A DNA stretch of 63,609 bases, filler included. It is 6 parts of 6 records of this genome, joined end to end, with 100 filler letters (N's around TTAATTAATTAA, not from the genome) between each part and the next. Parts side by side here need not be neighbours in the genome. Positions count along the whole stretch, not along the records: positions 12,650 to 22,688 come from SRR31156797_18288; positions 22,789 to 37,862 come from SRR31156797_18298; 4 more parts are not named here. One strand, written 5' to 3'. The first letter of the stretch is position 1. Each line of letters starts with the position of its first letter. The notes under the pieces are model-generated. The model saw only the letters and a list, made by a program, of their open reading frames with translations, had not been told where the DNA came from and made no database searches. The position numbers and the translations under genes are program-made. Of the stretch, positions 21,520 to 31,600 are shown in pieces.

Positions 21520-22157
21520 TTCGTTCCTCCCTGCTGTTCTTCCTTAGCCGGTTTCCCTTCGCCCGAATAAAACAATGCGTTCACCCTTTGTTTCCCGCCG
21601 CCTTCAACTATACTTCTATTCTCGTCAAGAAAATACGTTATCTTCTTACCTGTCAAAAAGTCCCGGTTTCTCCAGATGCGAGGTTCGCCGGTAAGTATAA
21701 TCGTCCTGGGCACGGCTTTGGCAAGATATACTGCTTTTTCTCCCAATGCAACCCTGTCGCCTTGAGTTATTTTTACATTGCCGTTACATTCGATTCGGAT
21801 AATCTCGTTGTCGGTATCGGAAAACCCGGTCGCCGGGGCGTCCCCGCCGTCTCCGGGAGTCGCTTCGCCGGAGCCGCCGCTTTCTCCCGCGGTTTTTGAC
21901 TGGGGACTTTCTATCGGCTGGTAAAATACAAGCAAGGTGTTGCATGTAACCGTCACGTTCTGCTGCCGCGCAACTACATTCCCGGAAAAAGTGACCACCT
22001 TCTCCTTATCGTCAGCTTCCATCTGGTCGGCGCTTATGCTGATCGGCTGCTCCCCTCCGGGTTCGCGAGCCCGAACCATATCGGCGGACATAATAGTCGC
22101 TATTGCAAGCAAGCAAAAAATCAAAACAACATTGGTGTGGAAAAAAGCTTTTCTCAT
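21516..22157 (-). CDS. lptA: LPS transport periplasmic protein LptA
   Basis: Signal peptide, [18 protein letters not shown]; lies between lptC and lptB. Confidence 0.88.
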   Translation of the reverse strand: MRKAFFHTNVVLIFCLLAIATIMSADMVRAREPGGEQPISISADQMEADDKEKVVTFSGNVVARQQNVTVTCNTLLVFYQPIESPQSKTAGESGGSGEATPGDGGDAPATGFSDTDNEIIRIECNGNVKITQGDRVALGEKAVYLAKAVPRTIILTGEPRIWRNRDFLTGKKITYFLDENRSIVEGGGKQRVNALFYSGEGKPAKEEQQGGTN

Positions 22158-22177
22158 TAAAGAATCCGCTCTGTCGG

Positions 22178-22688
22178 CTATAGGAGATTCTTGACTGATT
22201 TAATCAAGAGGGTCGCCCCTTCAAGCACTTTGATTTTACCGTCTTTCGTAAATACCGATAATCCCTGGCCCTGTAAGTCAATCTTGGGACCGACCAGCTT
22301 GAAGCGGCCCGGGGCGATTAAAACGCTTGTTTTTACATCAAAGCTGACCTCTCGGGTCGATAATACCCGGCCAAAAGCATCGTTGGCTTTTACCTGGCCC
22401 ACCAACCGGACCTTCTGGGCGTTTTTGTCATAATACCCTGTGTCCCCTGTTACGTGCATCGGCCCGTCTTTACTGAAAAATGTAGCTCTGACGCGATCGA
22501 GAACCATAAGATTCCTGGCTTTAAAATAATGTAACGTGTCGGCCTTCATCGTCCATTCGCGGCCGCTTCGGGTGACTTCCGTAAAGTTGACTCCGGTCAA
22601 CTGCATGTCCACGTTTTGCGGCAAAGCATCCGTAATGTCAACAGGATTATAGTTCAACCGGCCGCCTTTAAAAAACATGGTTAAACTG
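22178..22688 (-). CDS. lptC: LPS export protein LptC, 5'-truncated
   Basis: EWTMKAD, beta-jellyroll-like pattern; synteny with lptAB. Confidence 0.8.
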
Positions 22689-22788
22689 NNNNNNNNNNNN
22701 NNNNNNNNNNNNNNNNNNNNNNNNNNNNNNNNTTAATTAATTAANNNNNNNNNNNNNNNNNNNNNNNNNNNNNNNNNNNNNNNNNNNN
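22689..22788. other. Artificial contig spacer
   Basis: N-run + TTAATTAATTAA + N-run. Confidence 0.98.
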
Positions 22789-22820
22789 AGAATGAGTCAA
22801 GAGTCGACTTGACCCCTTCA

Positions 22821-22957
22821 TTTGAAAATTTACCAGAAGCCATGACGGCCGACGAATTTAAAGCCTTGATGCCACAAAACGTGGATAAACATTTTCTGGA
22901 ATCCAACTATACAACACCCCGCCAGTCTTAAAAAGGTGCGGTTAATACACCGCTTAC
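22821..22957 (+). mobile_element. IS66-family right-end remnant (transposase C-terminus plus terminal inverted repeat)
   Basis: Reads FENLPEAMTADEFKALMPQNVDK...stop, resembling an IS66 TnpC tail; ends ...CACCGCTTAC (GTAAGCG terminus on the minus strand). Confidence 0.65.
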
Positions 22958-23075
22958 TTCTAAATCAACATTTTTGACCCTAAAAAATCGATTACAGTCA
23001 TAATATGGAGGGCATATTAAACCAAATTCAATTTATTTCAAGGAGTTAGGATGGCTCGACCCACCCAGATAAAAA

Positions 23076-23112
23076 TAGCCCCCTCAAGGCATTATATACC
23101 GAGAGGGGGCTA
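23076..23112 (-). terminator. Intrinsic terminator downstream of the S-layer gene
   Basis: TAGCCCCCTC...GAGGGGGCTA 10-bp stem, followed by a T-run on the minus strand. Confidence 0.75.
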
Positions 23113-23172
23113 AGTCTGTGCTTTAACCTAAACCACTGAACTGGCGTTAGGCATCCTTCTCAGAGAGAGGGA

Positions 23173-26100
23173 TTAGGCGATCTCTATTTCTGTAGTTGTT
23201 AATGCTTGATCTGATGTAATTACTCCCAAAAGAACAAGTTCACCAGCATCAACAGCGTTAGCACCTGTAGATCCGCCAGCTTCTGTATATGCGTACAGCG
23301 CATGGTCAGTAGCAGCATCACCAGCAATTAATGCCAATACAGTCCCGTTTGGAGCGGTTGTGAAGTCAAACATTCCATTTAATGCTGTAGCAACAGCAGC
23401 CATATCCCCCATATCAGCGTTTGATAGTGCAGTATTTGCTGTAGTACTAAACAACAATTCAGTTGTCGCTGCAGTAGCTACACCACCTGCAGCTCCTGTA
23501 GATGTATCAACCTCAAAAGTACCTGCACCTGCTAAATCAACAGCTGCTTTTAGGGCACCATCAATTGTGATTTTGTCTTCATTGCCAGCAGCCACAAAGG
23601 TAGTGATTGTATCTGCTGTTGCAAGAGAAGTTCCACCATCTGTAGTTGCATTAAACACAACAGAGTCGTTGGCCCCGGCACCTCCAAGCGTTATAACATC
23701 AGCACCTGCACCACCAGTGATTGTATCTCCACCGGTACCGCCATTTACAACATCATCGTTATCGGAACCAACAATAGTATTGTTTTGACCATCTTCAGCA
23801 TTCACAACAAAAGATGTTGCATTATCATCAACGCCAGTCAAATCTACATCGTTGTTTGCGTTTGCATTGTCAAGGTTAATTGTAACAGTGGCGTCGGCAT
23901 TGATGGCATCAAAATCTGTATCAACTTCATCAAACTCATCTTCCCTCAATGTCACTGCATTACTAGTAAAGTCAATCGTTGTAGCAGCAGCATTTGCAGC
24001 GGTATTGTTAAACTCAACTACTTGATCAACACCTGAATTGAGGTCATCGACTGTAATAGATGAAGCATCTTCCATACCATTCTTATTAGCAGCAACAGCT
24101 AGCGTCGCCCCTGCAAGTACCTCTGTAAGCCCATCAGAGATAGCAAATGTAGTCGTACCATTATTTGTAGCATCTGCAAGTACTTCAGCTTCAGCAACAG
24201 TAGCAGTATCTGCACCAACATCAATATTTGTAGCATTATTTAAGGTTGCACCAGCAGTCAAGTTATCAGCAGCATCACTTAAGCTGTATGTTTCAGTACC
24301 ACTATTTGTAGCAGCAAGAATGGTACTCATTTGTGCAACTGTTGCAGTACCTGTAACGGTAATATTAACCGCATTGTTAAGCTTATCACCAGCTGCAGCA
24401 AACAAGTTTGCAGCAGAATCTGTGAGGCTATAGCCATCTTCAGCAGGTGTTTGACCAGCAGCTACCAACGCATCATATTCTGCAATTGTCAGTTGGGTTG
24501 TTGGATCCACCTCAAGAGGTGTAATAGTTTCGCCTTCGTTAGCACCTATGGCACCGTCACCATTAGCATCATAAGTAAACGTTGCAGCATCATCGTCAAG
24601 GGCTTGAATCAAGTTATCTACATAACTTTCCCAAATAACGGTATTAGTTACGTTCAAGTTAACCGATGCACCGAAGTCCAGTGTTCCCAGATAAGTGGCA
24701 GCGTCGAACAGGTCATCATCAGCAATAGCGGAAGTTGATGTAGTTTCATCATTCACCGTATCCCAGTTTGATGTCAGGTGGAACACCATGTATTCACCTT
24801 CATTCTGATCGTTCTCAACCATGACAATGTGGTTCTCTTGGGAACCGACCAAATCCGGGTCGAGATTAGGCGTCAGCAAGTCACCGTCCAGGTTACCGAA
24901 ATCGGTAGTACCATCATCAGCGGCATCGTTCAATGCATCAATCAGAATGCTTGCAGTAAGATCTTCAAAATCATCGTCAGCCACAGCACTACCATCGAAA
25001 CGAATAATGTTTACACTGTTAGCTTCGGCAAGGTTGTCACCAACGACTGAATCACCAAACGCCGTTGCGCCAGTAACGTTATTAACAGTAGTAACGATAG
25101 CAGCTTCGGACTGGGAGTTCGGAGCGTTGTTAGAAACGTCTTCCGTATCATCCAAGAATGTGCTGAAATCCAGGGCATGCATGCCGACGTCTGCAGCATT
25201 CTCTACCAGATCAGTAGAAACATCATGGAAATTCACAACAGATGCTTGACCGAAAGCACCAGTAATTCTCAGCGTATTCGCACTTGTGTCACTGGAGTGC
25301 ATGACGATAATATCGTTTGAGCCAGGACCCAAGTCTATTGTAGACAGGTTAACACCTGTGGTAGAGTCGCTAGATCCGCCCAGATCGTACGCTTGATAAA
25401 GGTCTACATCCGGTGCTATGTCAAAAATATCAACACTAGCAGCATCGGGTACAGTTTCAGCTACGTCATTTGTGATGTCGGTGTATGTCACACCATTACC
25501 AACGCCGTTCTGATTGACTGAACCTTGAAGGTTGTTTGCCGCATCGTTCATCTCAGTGATGATCTCAGCGGTTGTGTCGACGTCTGTAGAGTCAGCGACT
25601 ACACCTGTGTTGATAAGACCTTGTGCCAAAGCAGTCTCATCGCCAGAAGCCAGAGAAACTTCACCGGCTGCCGGGTCAACCGTATCATCGGCTATATGCG
25701 GCTGATACAGAGCGATCGCCAGTGTGTTGGCACCACCGATGACAGAGTCAATCGTCAACTGTTGGCTGTCTGTGCCCAGTGCGTAATTCAACAAGTCGGT
25801 CAGCTCATGACTTTGATCAATTGCAGCCATGATAGCTTCATTGATGGTCATCTGGTCAGCAATAAAGTTACCTGCTATATCGGTATCGACATCTACAGTA
25901 CTTTCAAATCCAGCGAAAGATACGGTAAGCTCTGCTTTGTAAAGGACACGATCGCCGAAGGTGTCATCACCTGACGTTGCAGGGCCGAATACCCACTGGC
26001 CATCAGTTGCATTACCGTTATTTCCAGTTGCTAAAGAATTGATCTGGACAAAATCGCTGCCATCGCCGGTCTCAATGTGGAAGTTACCGTACGCATCCAG

Positions 26101-28290
26101 GTCGACCGTGTCAGCTCCGCTTCCGGTAGAGATACTCAGGTAGTCCAGGAAGGTATCCGTCTCATTATGAAGATCATCCATTGTCTGCTGAGACACACCA
26201 GCATCCATAGTGATGGTTACGTCATCATCACCACTACCAGCGGTAAGGCTAAAGCTTTCTCCAATTGTGTCAACAGAATCACCGTCCAGGTCAGCACGCA
26301 CGGTATTGTCACCATTACCCATAGAGATGCTGTACTCTTTACTGGAAGAAACGCCATCCAGTTCATCGGACTGCCAGTTATAGCTGTCATTTCCGGAACC
26401 AAAATTTGAGGTCAGAGCCTCCTGAAGACCAGTTACGACAGTGTTCATTGTGCCATCATTATCAACATCAAGAACCGACAGACCAAGAGCGAAGTCCCCT
26501 TCAAAATCCGTAGAGTCGATCAGTGTCAGTTCCTGACCGCCACCCAGCTGAGTACGTACAGTCAGGTCGGCCCATGTATCGTTCTCAGACTGTGCTGAAT
26601 CGATAATAACAGTGGTCAGAGTCTGATCGGTAGAACGGATTATACCAAGGTTGGACGGTTTATCTTCGCCGCCGAGCACAGTGATATTAAAAATTTCAAT
26701 TCCATCATTCTGGTCGACATCTACGTCGTCCGCAAGATTCTGGTCTTTACCGCCAATAATTAGGTCTCCACCCTCACCGTCACGGCCGACCTTTTCCAAT
26801 TCTACATTTATGGAAATCGGCAGGTCTTCAATTACAGGGGGTCTATCATCCTGGGAATATGCCAATGACCCATCACGTGAGCCATCCGCCAGGGCAAAGC
26901 TGCCTTCTATCAGTTCATCCGCCGCTGAGTTTGTAAGTATAAATGCTGTATAGTCAGGCCCAGCCTGATCACCAGCGTTAAATGTCGTATCAGTGTCTTC
27001 ATAATAGATATTTGTAGCAAAGAATGCAGGCTCAAGGTACTCAGTCACAGTTACAGTATCAATACCTGCAGCAGTTAATGCCGCCTCAATCAGGCCCTTA
27101 ACTTCAGAAAGTTCGTGACCTGCAACATCTACTGTAATTTCAGTTTCACCAACTGAGAAAGTAAAGCTTTCAAAACCTTCAATCAATGATAATGCTGAAT
27201 CTCCGTTAATTTCGTTAAGCCTGTTGTTCAGCGTATTGATCATATTGATTGTCAGCTGAGACCCCTGAGTTTCTGTAGTTCTATTCAGGTAATCCTCATC
27301 AAAGTATACCGTAAGATCGGAGGCGTCTCCATCACTGTTAAAGTTATCGGTATGGTCCATGGTGATCGTGATGGTGTTCGTATTACGGATCGCACCAGCG
27401 GATGTCAGGGTGGTCATATTTTCGATCACCAGGTCGCCGTCGGAGTAGGCGGAACCGATGTGGTCAATATCAGTGATATTTTTGGCGTCTATAGTGATAG
27501 CAAAATCAGCTGCAGCATTATCATCTTCATTATTATCCAGATTATTAGCCCAGACATCCATGGCTTCGAAATCAATGTCTTCAACGTTATGAATTTCAGG
27601 CTGAATATCCATCACGTTATCGCCGGTCACGCCGTAGAATTCAGGAACCAATTCCGCATAAAGGGAATCAGATCCTGCGCCACCGTCGATACTGTCGGCC
27701 GTGGACAGAGAGTTTGATACACCACCTGCCCAGGGATTCTGAACGATCGGTGCTTCAAAGGCTTCATCAGCGGAGGTGCCGACGAGGTCTTCTGTGTCTG
27801 CGGTCAGTGTAACGTCAACTTCACTTGACAACGCGGAATCAACGGCAGCCTTGCCATTTGTTACGCTGTCTTCAGTCTCGTCAATATCGTCAAGGGGAAA
27901 TTCAGCATTCCCGCCCTCGTCAGCGTAATAAAGGCCGACTTCGGCCTTATTTTCCAGGATGGTGGCATCTTCACCCTGGGCGCCGTTAATAAAAGCAAGG
28001 ATCGCAGTGCCTCTTGTAACCTGATCGTTATCCAGCGCACTTACCCAGTGATTATAACCTGCCGTGTCAGGAAGGCGGTCGAAAAGGTTTTTATAAATTG
28101 CAACGACGAAGGCTTCATTGCTGAGGTCTTCAGGATAAAGCTCCATGGCCTCTGGCTGGTCAAAGAAAGTCTTGGCAACCATTTCGAGGCTGAAATCCGG
28201 GCTGCTGGTCCAGTATTCAAGTCCATCAGCATCAGGCGCCCTGTTAAACGTTGCCACATAAAGTTTTGCTACATCCAAAGTCTCTACCAT
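23173..28290 (-). CDS. Large acidic S-layer protein (DUF4214-like N-terminus, RsaA/SapA-type, RTX-like repeats)
   Basis: LYVATFNRAPDADGLEYW and IYKNLFDRLPDTAGYNHW anchor repeats; D/T/A/G-rich; GGTGGDTITGGAGADVI nonapeptides; no Sec signal. Confidence 0.85.
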   Translation of the reverse strand: MVETLDVAKLYVATFNRAPDADGLEYWTSSPDFSLEMVAKTFFDQPEAMELYPEDLSNEAFVVAIYKNLFDRLPDTAGYNHWVSALDNDQVTRGTAILAFINGAQGEDATILENKAEVGLYYADEGGNAEFPLDDIDETEDSVTNGKAAVDSALSSEVDVTLTADTEDLVGTSADEAFEAPIVQNPWAGGVSNSLSTADSIDGGAGSDSLYAELVPEFYGVTGDNVMDIQPEIHNVEDIDFEAMDVWANNLDNNEDDNAAADFAITIDAKNITDIDHIGSAYSDGDLVIENMTTLTSAGAIRNTNTITITMDHTDNFNSDGDASDLTVYFDEDYLNRTTETQGSQLTINMINTLNNRLNEINGDSALSLIEGFESFTFSVGETEITVDVAGHELSEVKGLIEAALTAAGIDTVTVTEYLEPAFFATNIYYEDTDTTFNAGDQAGPDYTAFILTNSAADELIEGSFALADGSRDGSLAYSQDDRPPVIEDLPISINVELEKVGRDGEGGDLIIGGKDQNLADDVDVDQNDGIEIFNITVLGGEDKPSNLGIIRSTDQTLTTVIIDSAQSENDTWADLTVRTQLGGGQELTLIDSTDFEGDFALGLSVLDVDNDGTMNTVVTGLQEALTSNFGSGNDSYNWQSDELDGVSSSKEYSISMGNGDNTVRADLDGDSVDTIGESFSLTAGSGDDDVTITMDAGVSQQTMDDLHNETDTFLDYLSISTGSGADTVDLDAYGNFHIETGDGSDFVQINSLATGNNGNATDGQWVFGPATSGDDTFGDRVLYKAELTVSFAGFESTVDVDTDIAGNFIADQMTINEAIMAAIDQSHELTDLLNYALGTDSQQLTIDSVIGGANTLAIALYQPHIADDTVDPAAGEVSLASGDETALAQGLINTGVVADSTDVDTTAEIITEMNDAANNLQGSVNQNGVGNGVTYTDITNDVAETVPDAASVDIFDIAPDVDLYQAYDLGGSSDSTTGVNLSTIDLGPGSNDIIVMHSSDTSANTLRITGAFGQASVVNFHDVSTDLVENAADVGMHALDFSTFLDDTEDVSNNAPNSQSEAAIVTTVNNVTGATAFGDSVVGDNLAEANSVNIIRFDGSAVADDDFEDLTASILIDALNDAADDGTTDFGNLDGDLLTPNLDPDLVGSQENHIVMVENDQNEGEYMVFHLTSNWDTVNDETTSTSAIADDDLFDAATYLGTLDFGASVNLNVTNTVIWESYVDNLIQALDDDAATFTYDANGDGAIGANEGETITPLEVDPTTQLTIAEYDALVAAGQTPAEDGYSLTDSAANLFAAAGDKLNNAVNITVTGTATVAQMSTILAATNSGTETYSLSDAADNLTAGATLNNATNIDVGADTATVAEAEVLADATNNGTTTFAISDGLTEVLAGATLAVAANKNGMEDASSITVDDLNSGVDQVVEFNNTAANAAATTIDFTSNAVTLREDEFDEVDTDFDAINADATVTINLDNANANNDVDLTGVDDNATSFVVNAEDGQNNTIVGSDNDDVVNGGTGGDTITGGAGADVITLGGAGANDSVVFNATTDGGTSLATADTITTFVAAGNEDKITIDGALKAAVDLAGAGTFEVDTSTGAAGGVATAATTELLFSTTANTALSNADMGDMAAVATALNGMFDFTTAPNGTVLALIAGDAATDHALYAYTEAGGSTGANAVDAGELVLLGVITSDQALTTTEIEIA

Positions 28291-28376
28291 TGTTTTCTCC
28301 TTTTGAGTAATTGATTTTCCACCGCAGCAAAAAGCGGTCGAGGTATTGATAACACTTAGCTATGGCGATCAAGCTA

Positions 28377-28392
28377 TGCAAATAAAATGCCA
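28377..28392 (-). promoter_or_regulatory. Sigma-54 (-24/-12) promoter of the S-layer gene
   Basis: TGGCAT-TTTAT-TTGCA with consensus spacing, about 87 nt upstream of the ATG. Confidence 0.75.
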
Positions 28393-28431
28393 AAGCACTT
28401 CATATCTTCATCACTTTAGCAAAACAAGCAC

Positions 28432-28444
28432 TATCAAGGTCTTA
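28432..28444 (+). promoter_or_regulatory. IHF-binding site
   Basis: TATCAAGGTCTTA matches WATCAANNNNTTR, about 40 nt upstream of the sigma54 -24 box. Confidence 0.55.
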
Positions 28445-28636
28445 AATTCTATCTTTTCAAGGTGTTAGGCTGTTTTTCATCAATAGATAAAAATCAAACC
28501 CTTCCATGACCCCGCACACCAAAAGCCACTGTCTGGTCAAATATGGATAATTGTGGCTTGATTTGGCCTCATGGGGCCGGAGCGATTAAGCGCCTGTTTA
28601 AAAATTGACGAATCGGATATAAGTCGATCGCAAATT

Positions 28637-31600
28637 TCAGGTTACAAAATCACTGTATCTCACCTGCAATCCTAAGCCTATTTTTTCCAATAACAGCTTT
28701 GCACTCTGCTCCCAGGATAACCACTGAACGGAATTTGACTCAGGATGCGCGCCATTATCATATAGTTTTACCCATTTTTCTATATCTTTTTTAATATCGT
28801 CTGTAGAGCCACCACTAAAATAGAATGCTCCATTAGATGCAACCTCTCGAAATATCGGAATATTTCTTGCGATAATTGGGAGTTTGTGCTGTGCGGCTTC
28901 GATCAAGGGTAAGCCAAACCCCTCGGTCACCGAAGCGGCAATTAAAGCACTGCAACTGGAATATAGCCTATTTAAGTGGCTGTCAGATAAGCCTTCCAAC
29001 CAATGCAACTTGCTTCCCAATTCTTTATGATTTCTTATCCTTTTAGCAAGAGCGCTGATATTCCAACCTTCTTTTCCGACAAGTATTAAAGAATAATCCT
29101 TACCTTCATCCCAGATTTTATCAAACGCATCAAGCACATCATTATGCCCTTTCCTTGGCTCTATTGTACCTACCATTAAAAAAGTCTTAGCGTAAAAAGA
29201 GACGTCAAAAGAGAAATCGTCATTATCTTCACTGGAGGGCGTCCCTTTTTCATTGATAAAATCAGCACCTAAATGAAAATAATCCACCTGGGACGACGGA
29301 TAACTTATGGAATTTGTTTTAAACCAATTTCTCAACTCATGGGAAACCGTATCTGATATACAGATCAGACCATCGGAACAATTTGCCAAGGATCGAATCC
29401 AATCGGCAAATGCCACCGTAATGTTGTTCAAAGAAAACGTTGGGTAAATAAGGGGGATAATATCGTAAACAACGTAATAGACCCTGGCACCGGCTGTTCT
29501 GTATTGTTGTATATGATATTCAGCCCCAGGAAAAATGTGTGCGGTCAAGTCCAAACCTAAAAACAGATCCCCGGCTCTCACCACGATGGATTCATCGGAT
29601 TCAAATTCAGTGACCTGTGATCCAAACCTGTCGGTATATTTAAACCCTGTATCGCCATCAAAATAGATCAATTTGACAACATAATTATCCAAGTTGAAAT
29701 TTAAAATTTCATTGATTATATTCCTTACGACTCTTTGAATCCCTGTTTTAGAATCGCGTTCATATATTCTTGATATATCAATGAGCAGCTGCTTTGTCAC
29801 TTTTGATACAAAAGCGCTTTCCCGGTTTGTGCGTTCACCAATGGTAAGATTTTCAATTTTTCTTTCCCGGTTCAGAGAAGTCATCATGGAAAATAACCGG
29901 TCAGATATAACATCCCAGCTTCTGTCTTGAAGCCAAGATCGCTGTTTTTCAATAAGTGCCTGTCTGAGTTCACCGTCATTTTCGAGCTTTAAAACAGCAT
30001 CAACGATACTTTCTTCATGGGAATCGGCCATTTTCAATGTTACATTTTCCAGATCAGAAAATATATCCAAAGGGCTTACTATAACAGGCCTATTGGTCGA
30101 TAACCCAATCGTAACAGCAGCACTTGCACTTTCGTTGGTTTCTTTATACGGAAATACGATATAATCACAGACCTTTAGTATTTTCTGACATTGTTCTACC
30201 GCTTGAAAATCCGTAATCCAGTGAACCCGTGCCTCAACGCCCAGTTTCTTTGACAGGATTTTATATTTGCTGAGAAGCACATCGCTTCTTTTATCCAGTG
30301 AGGCGTGTTGAGCGATAAAGTATACCTTTTTCTGGGTTAGTTTTTCCAACTTTGAAATAGATTTAATGATTGTATCTATTCCTTTGTGCGCCAACATAAA
30401 CCCAAAAGAGCCTAATATTAAAGCATCTTCGGGCACTTGCAACCGTTCACGCTGGGCAATTGACAGCTCGTCTTGTACCGGAGCGATGACACCCAGGGGA
30501 AGCAACATGACGTTTCTATATAACCCCAGCTGAAGCAGATTATTTAAATCTTCAACTTTATGCACAACTATTCGATCCAGGATATTTAAATGCATTATCG
30601 AATTAGGGGATAAGCCATCTTCCCTTAGAAAAAACTTGGTGGCGTGCAGCTCCAAGATAACAACTTTGCCTTGTTTATGCAGTTCGGCCAATTGATGGGT
30701 TACCTGATCATCAAGCATAAACAACGAAGGTTGATGTTGTACCAACACAACATCAGATTTATCTGCAAGAATTTCTCTTAATGTATCATAGGCACTTTCC
30801 ACCTGGCCTAACTGCCAGGAATTTCGTCCTTTTTCAACATTAACGACTGTCCTTTTATCATAATAGATAAAAGAATCGACGCGATCATTACCAATGATGC
30901 TGCCAAGCAGCTTATCACTATACTCTGCTATACCACAGCGGCACTTCCATGGCGTAAGAACAGATAAAGATAAAGATTGTTCTTTATGATTCTTTGCCGC
31001 CTCATATATCTCAACACTGTTCATTATGCCCTGAGCACAGTTTGCCCAATTATAAACAGTGCGGATATGTTCCATAGCGACTCTCCTGGATAACTGCATT
31101 TCAGAATCACCATTTTCTATACGCTGCCTTACCTTTATCAGCTTCTCTTTCAAATCAACACAATCAGGTTCAATCCAGCATGCATCAGTTGCAGTTAAAT
31201 GGCTTTTCGAATTTGCAAAGGCAAAATTTATTAAGGTTGATGTGTAATTTGTGCAAAAATCAATGTGTGCACTTTGACCGGTGGCTATTACTGGAAGGCC
31301 AATGGCCATGGCTTCGGCTGCAGGTAAATTAAACCCCTCTCCCCTGCTGGGCAACACCATAACATGTGCGCTTTTGTACAGTTCAATTAAGCCATTATCA
31401 TCCAAAGGGCTGTCATCAATCACAACTTTTGCAGCACAATCCCGATTCTTGGTAAGCGCAGCCACTATCGAATGTACGTTATTATGTGGATTGGGGAATG
31501 TCTTTATGTATAGTTCGACCGGATCATTGCCGTCGAAAGCTTCCAAATAAGCGTATAGCAATACATCCACACCTTTTCGCTCAAATGCAGATGATATATG

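Noticed and set aside
23360-28314. Many 60-150 aa plus-strand ORFs opposite the S-layer gene, and similar ones opposite other genes
   Set aside because: Antisense shadows of biased codon usage in real genes; no RBS or family motifs.
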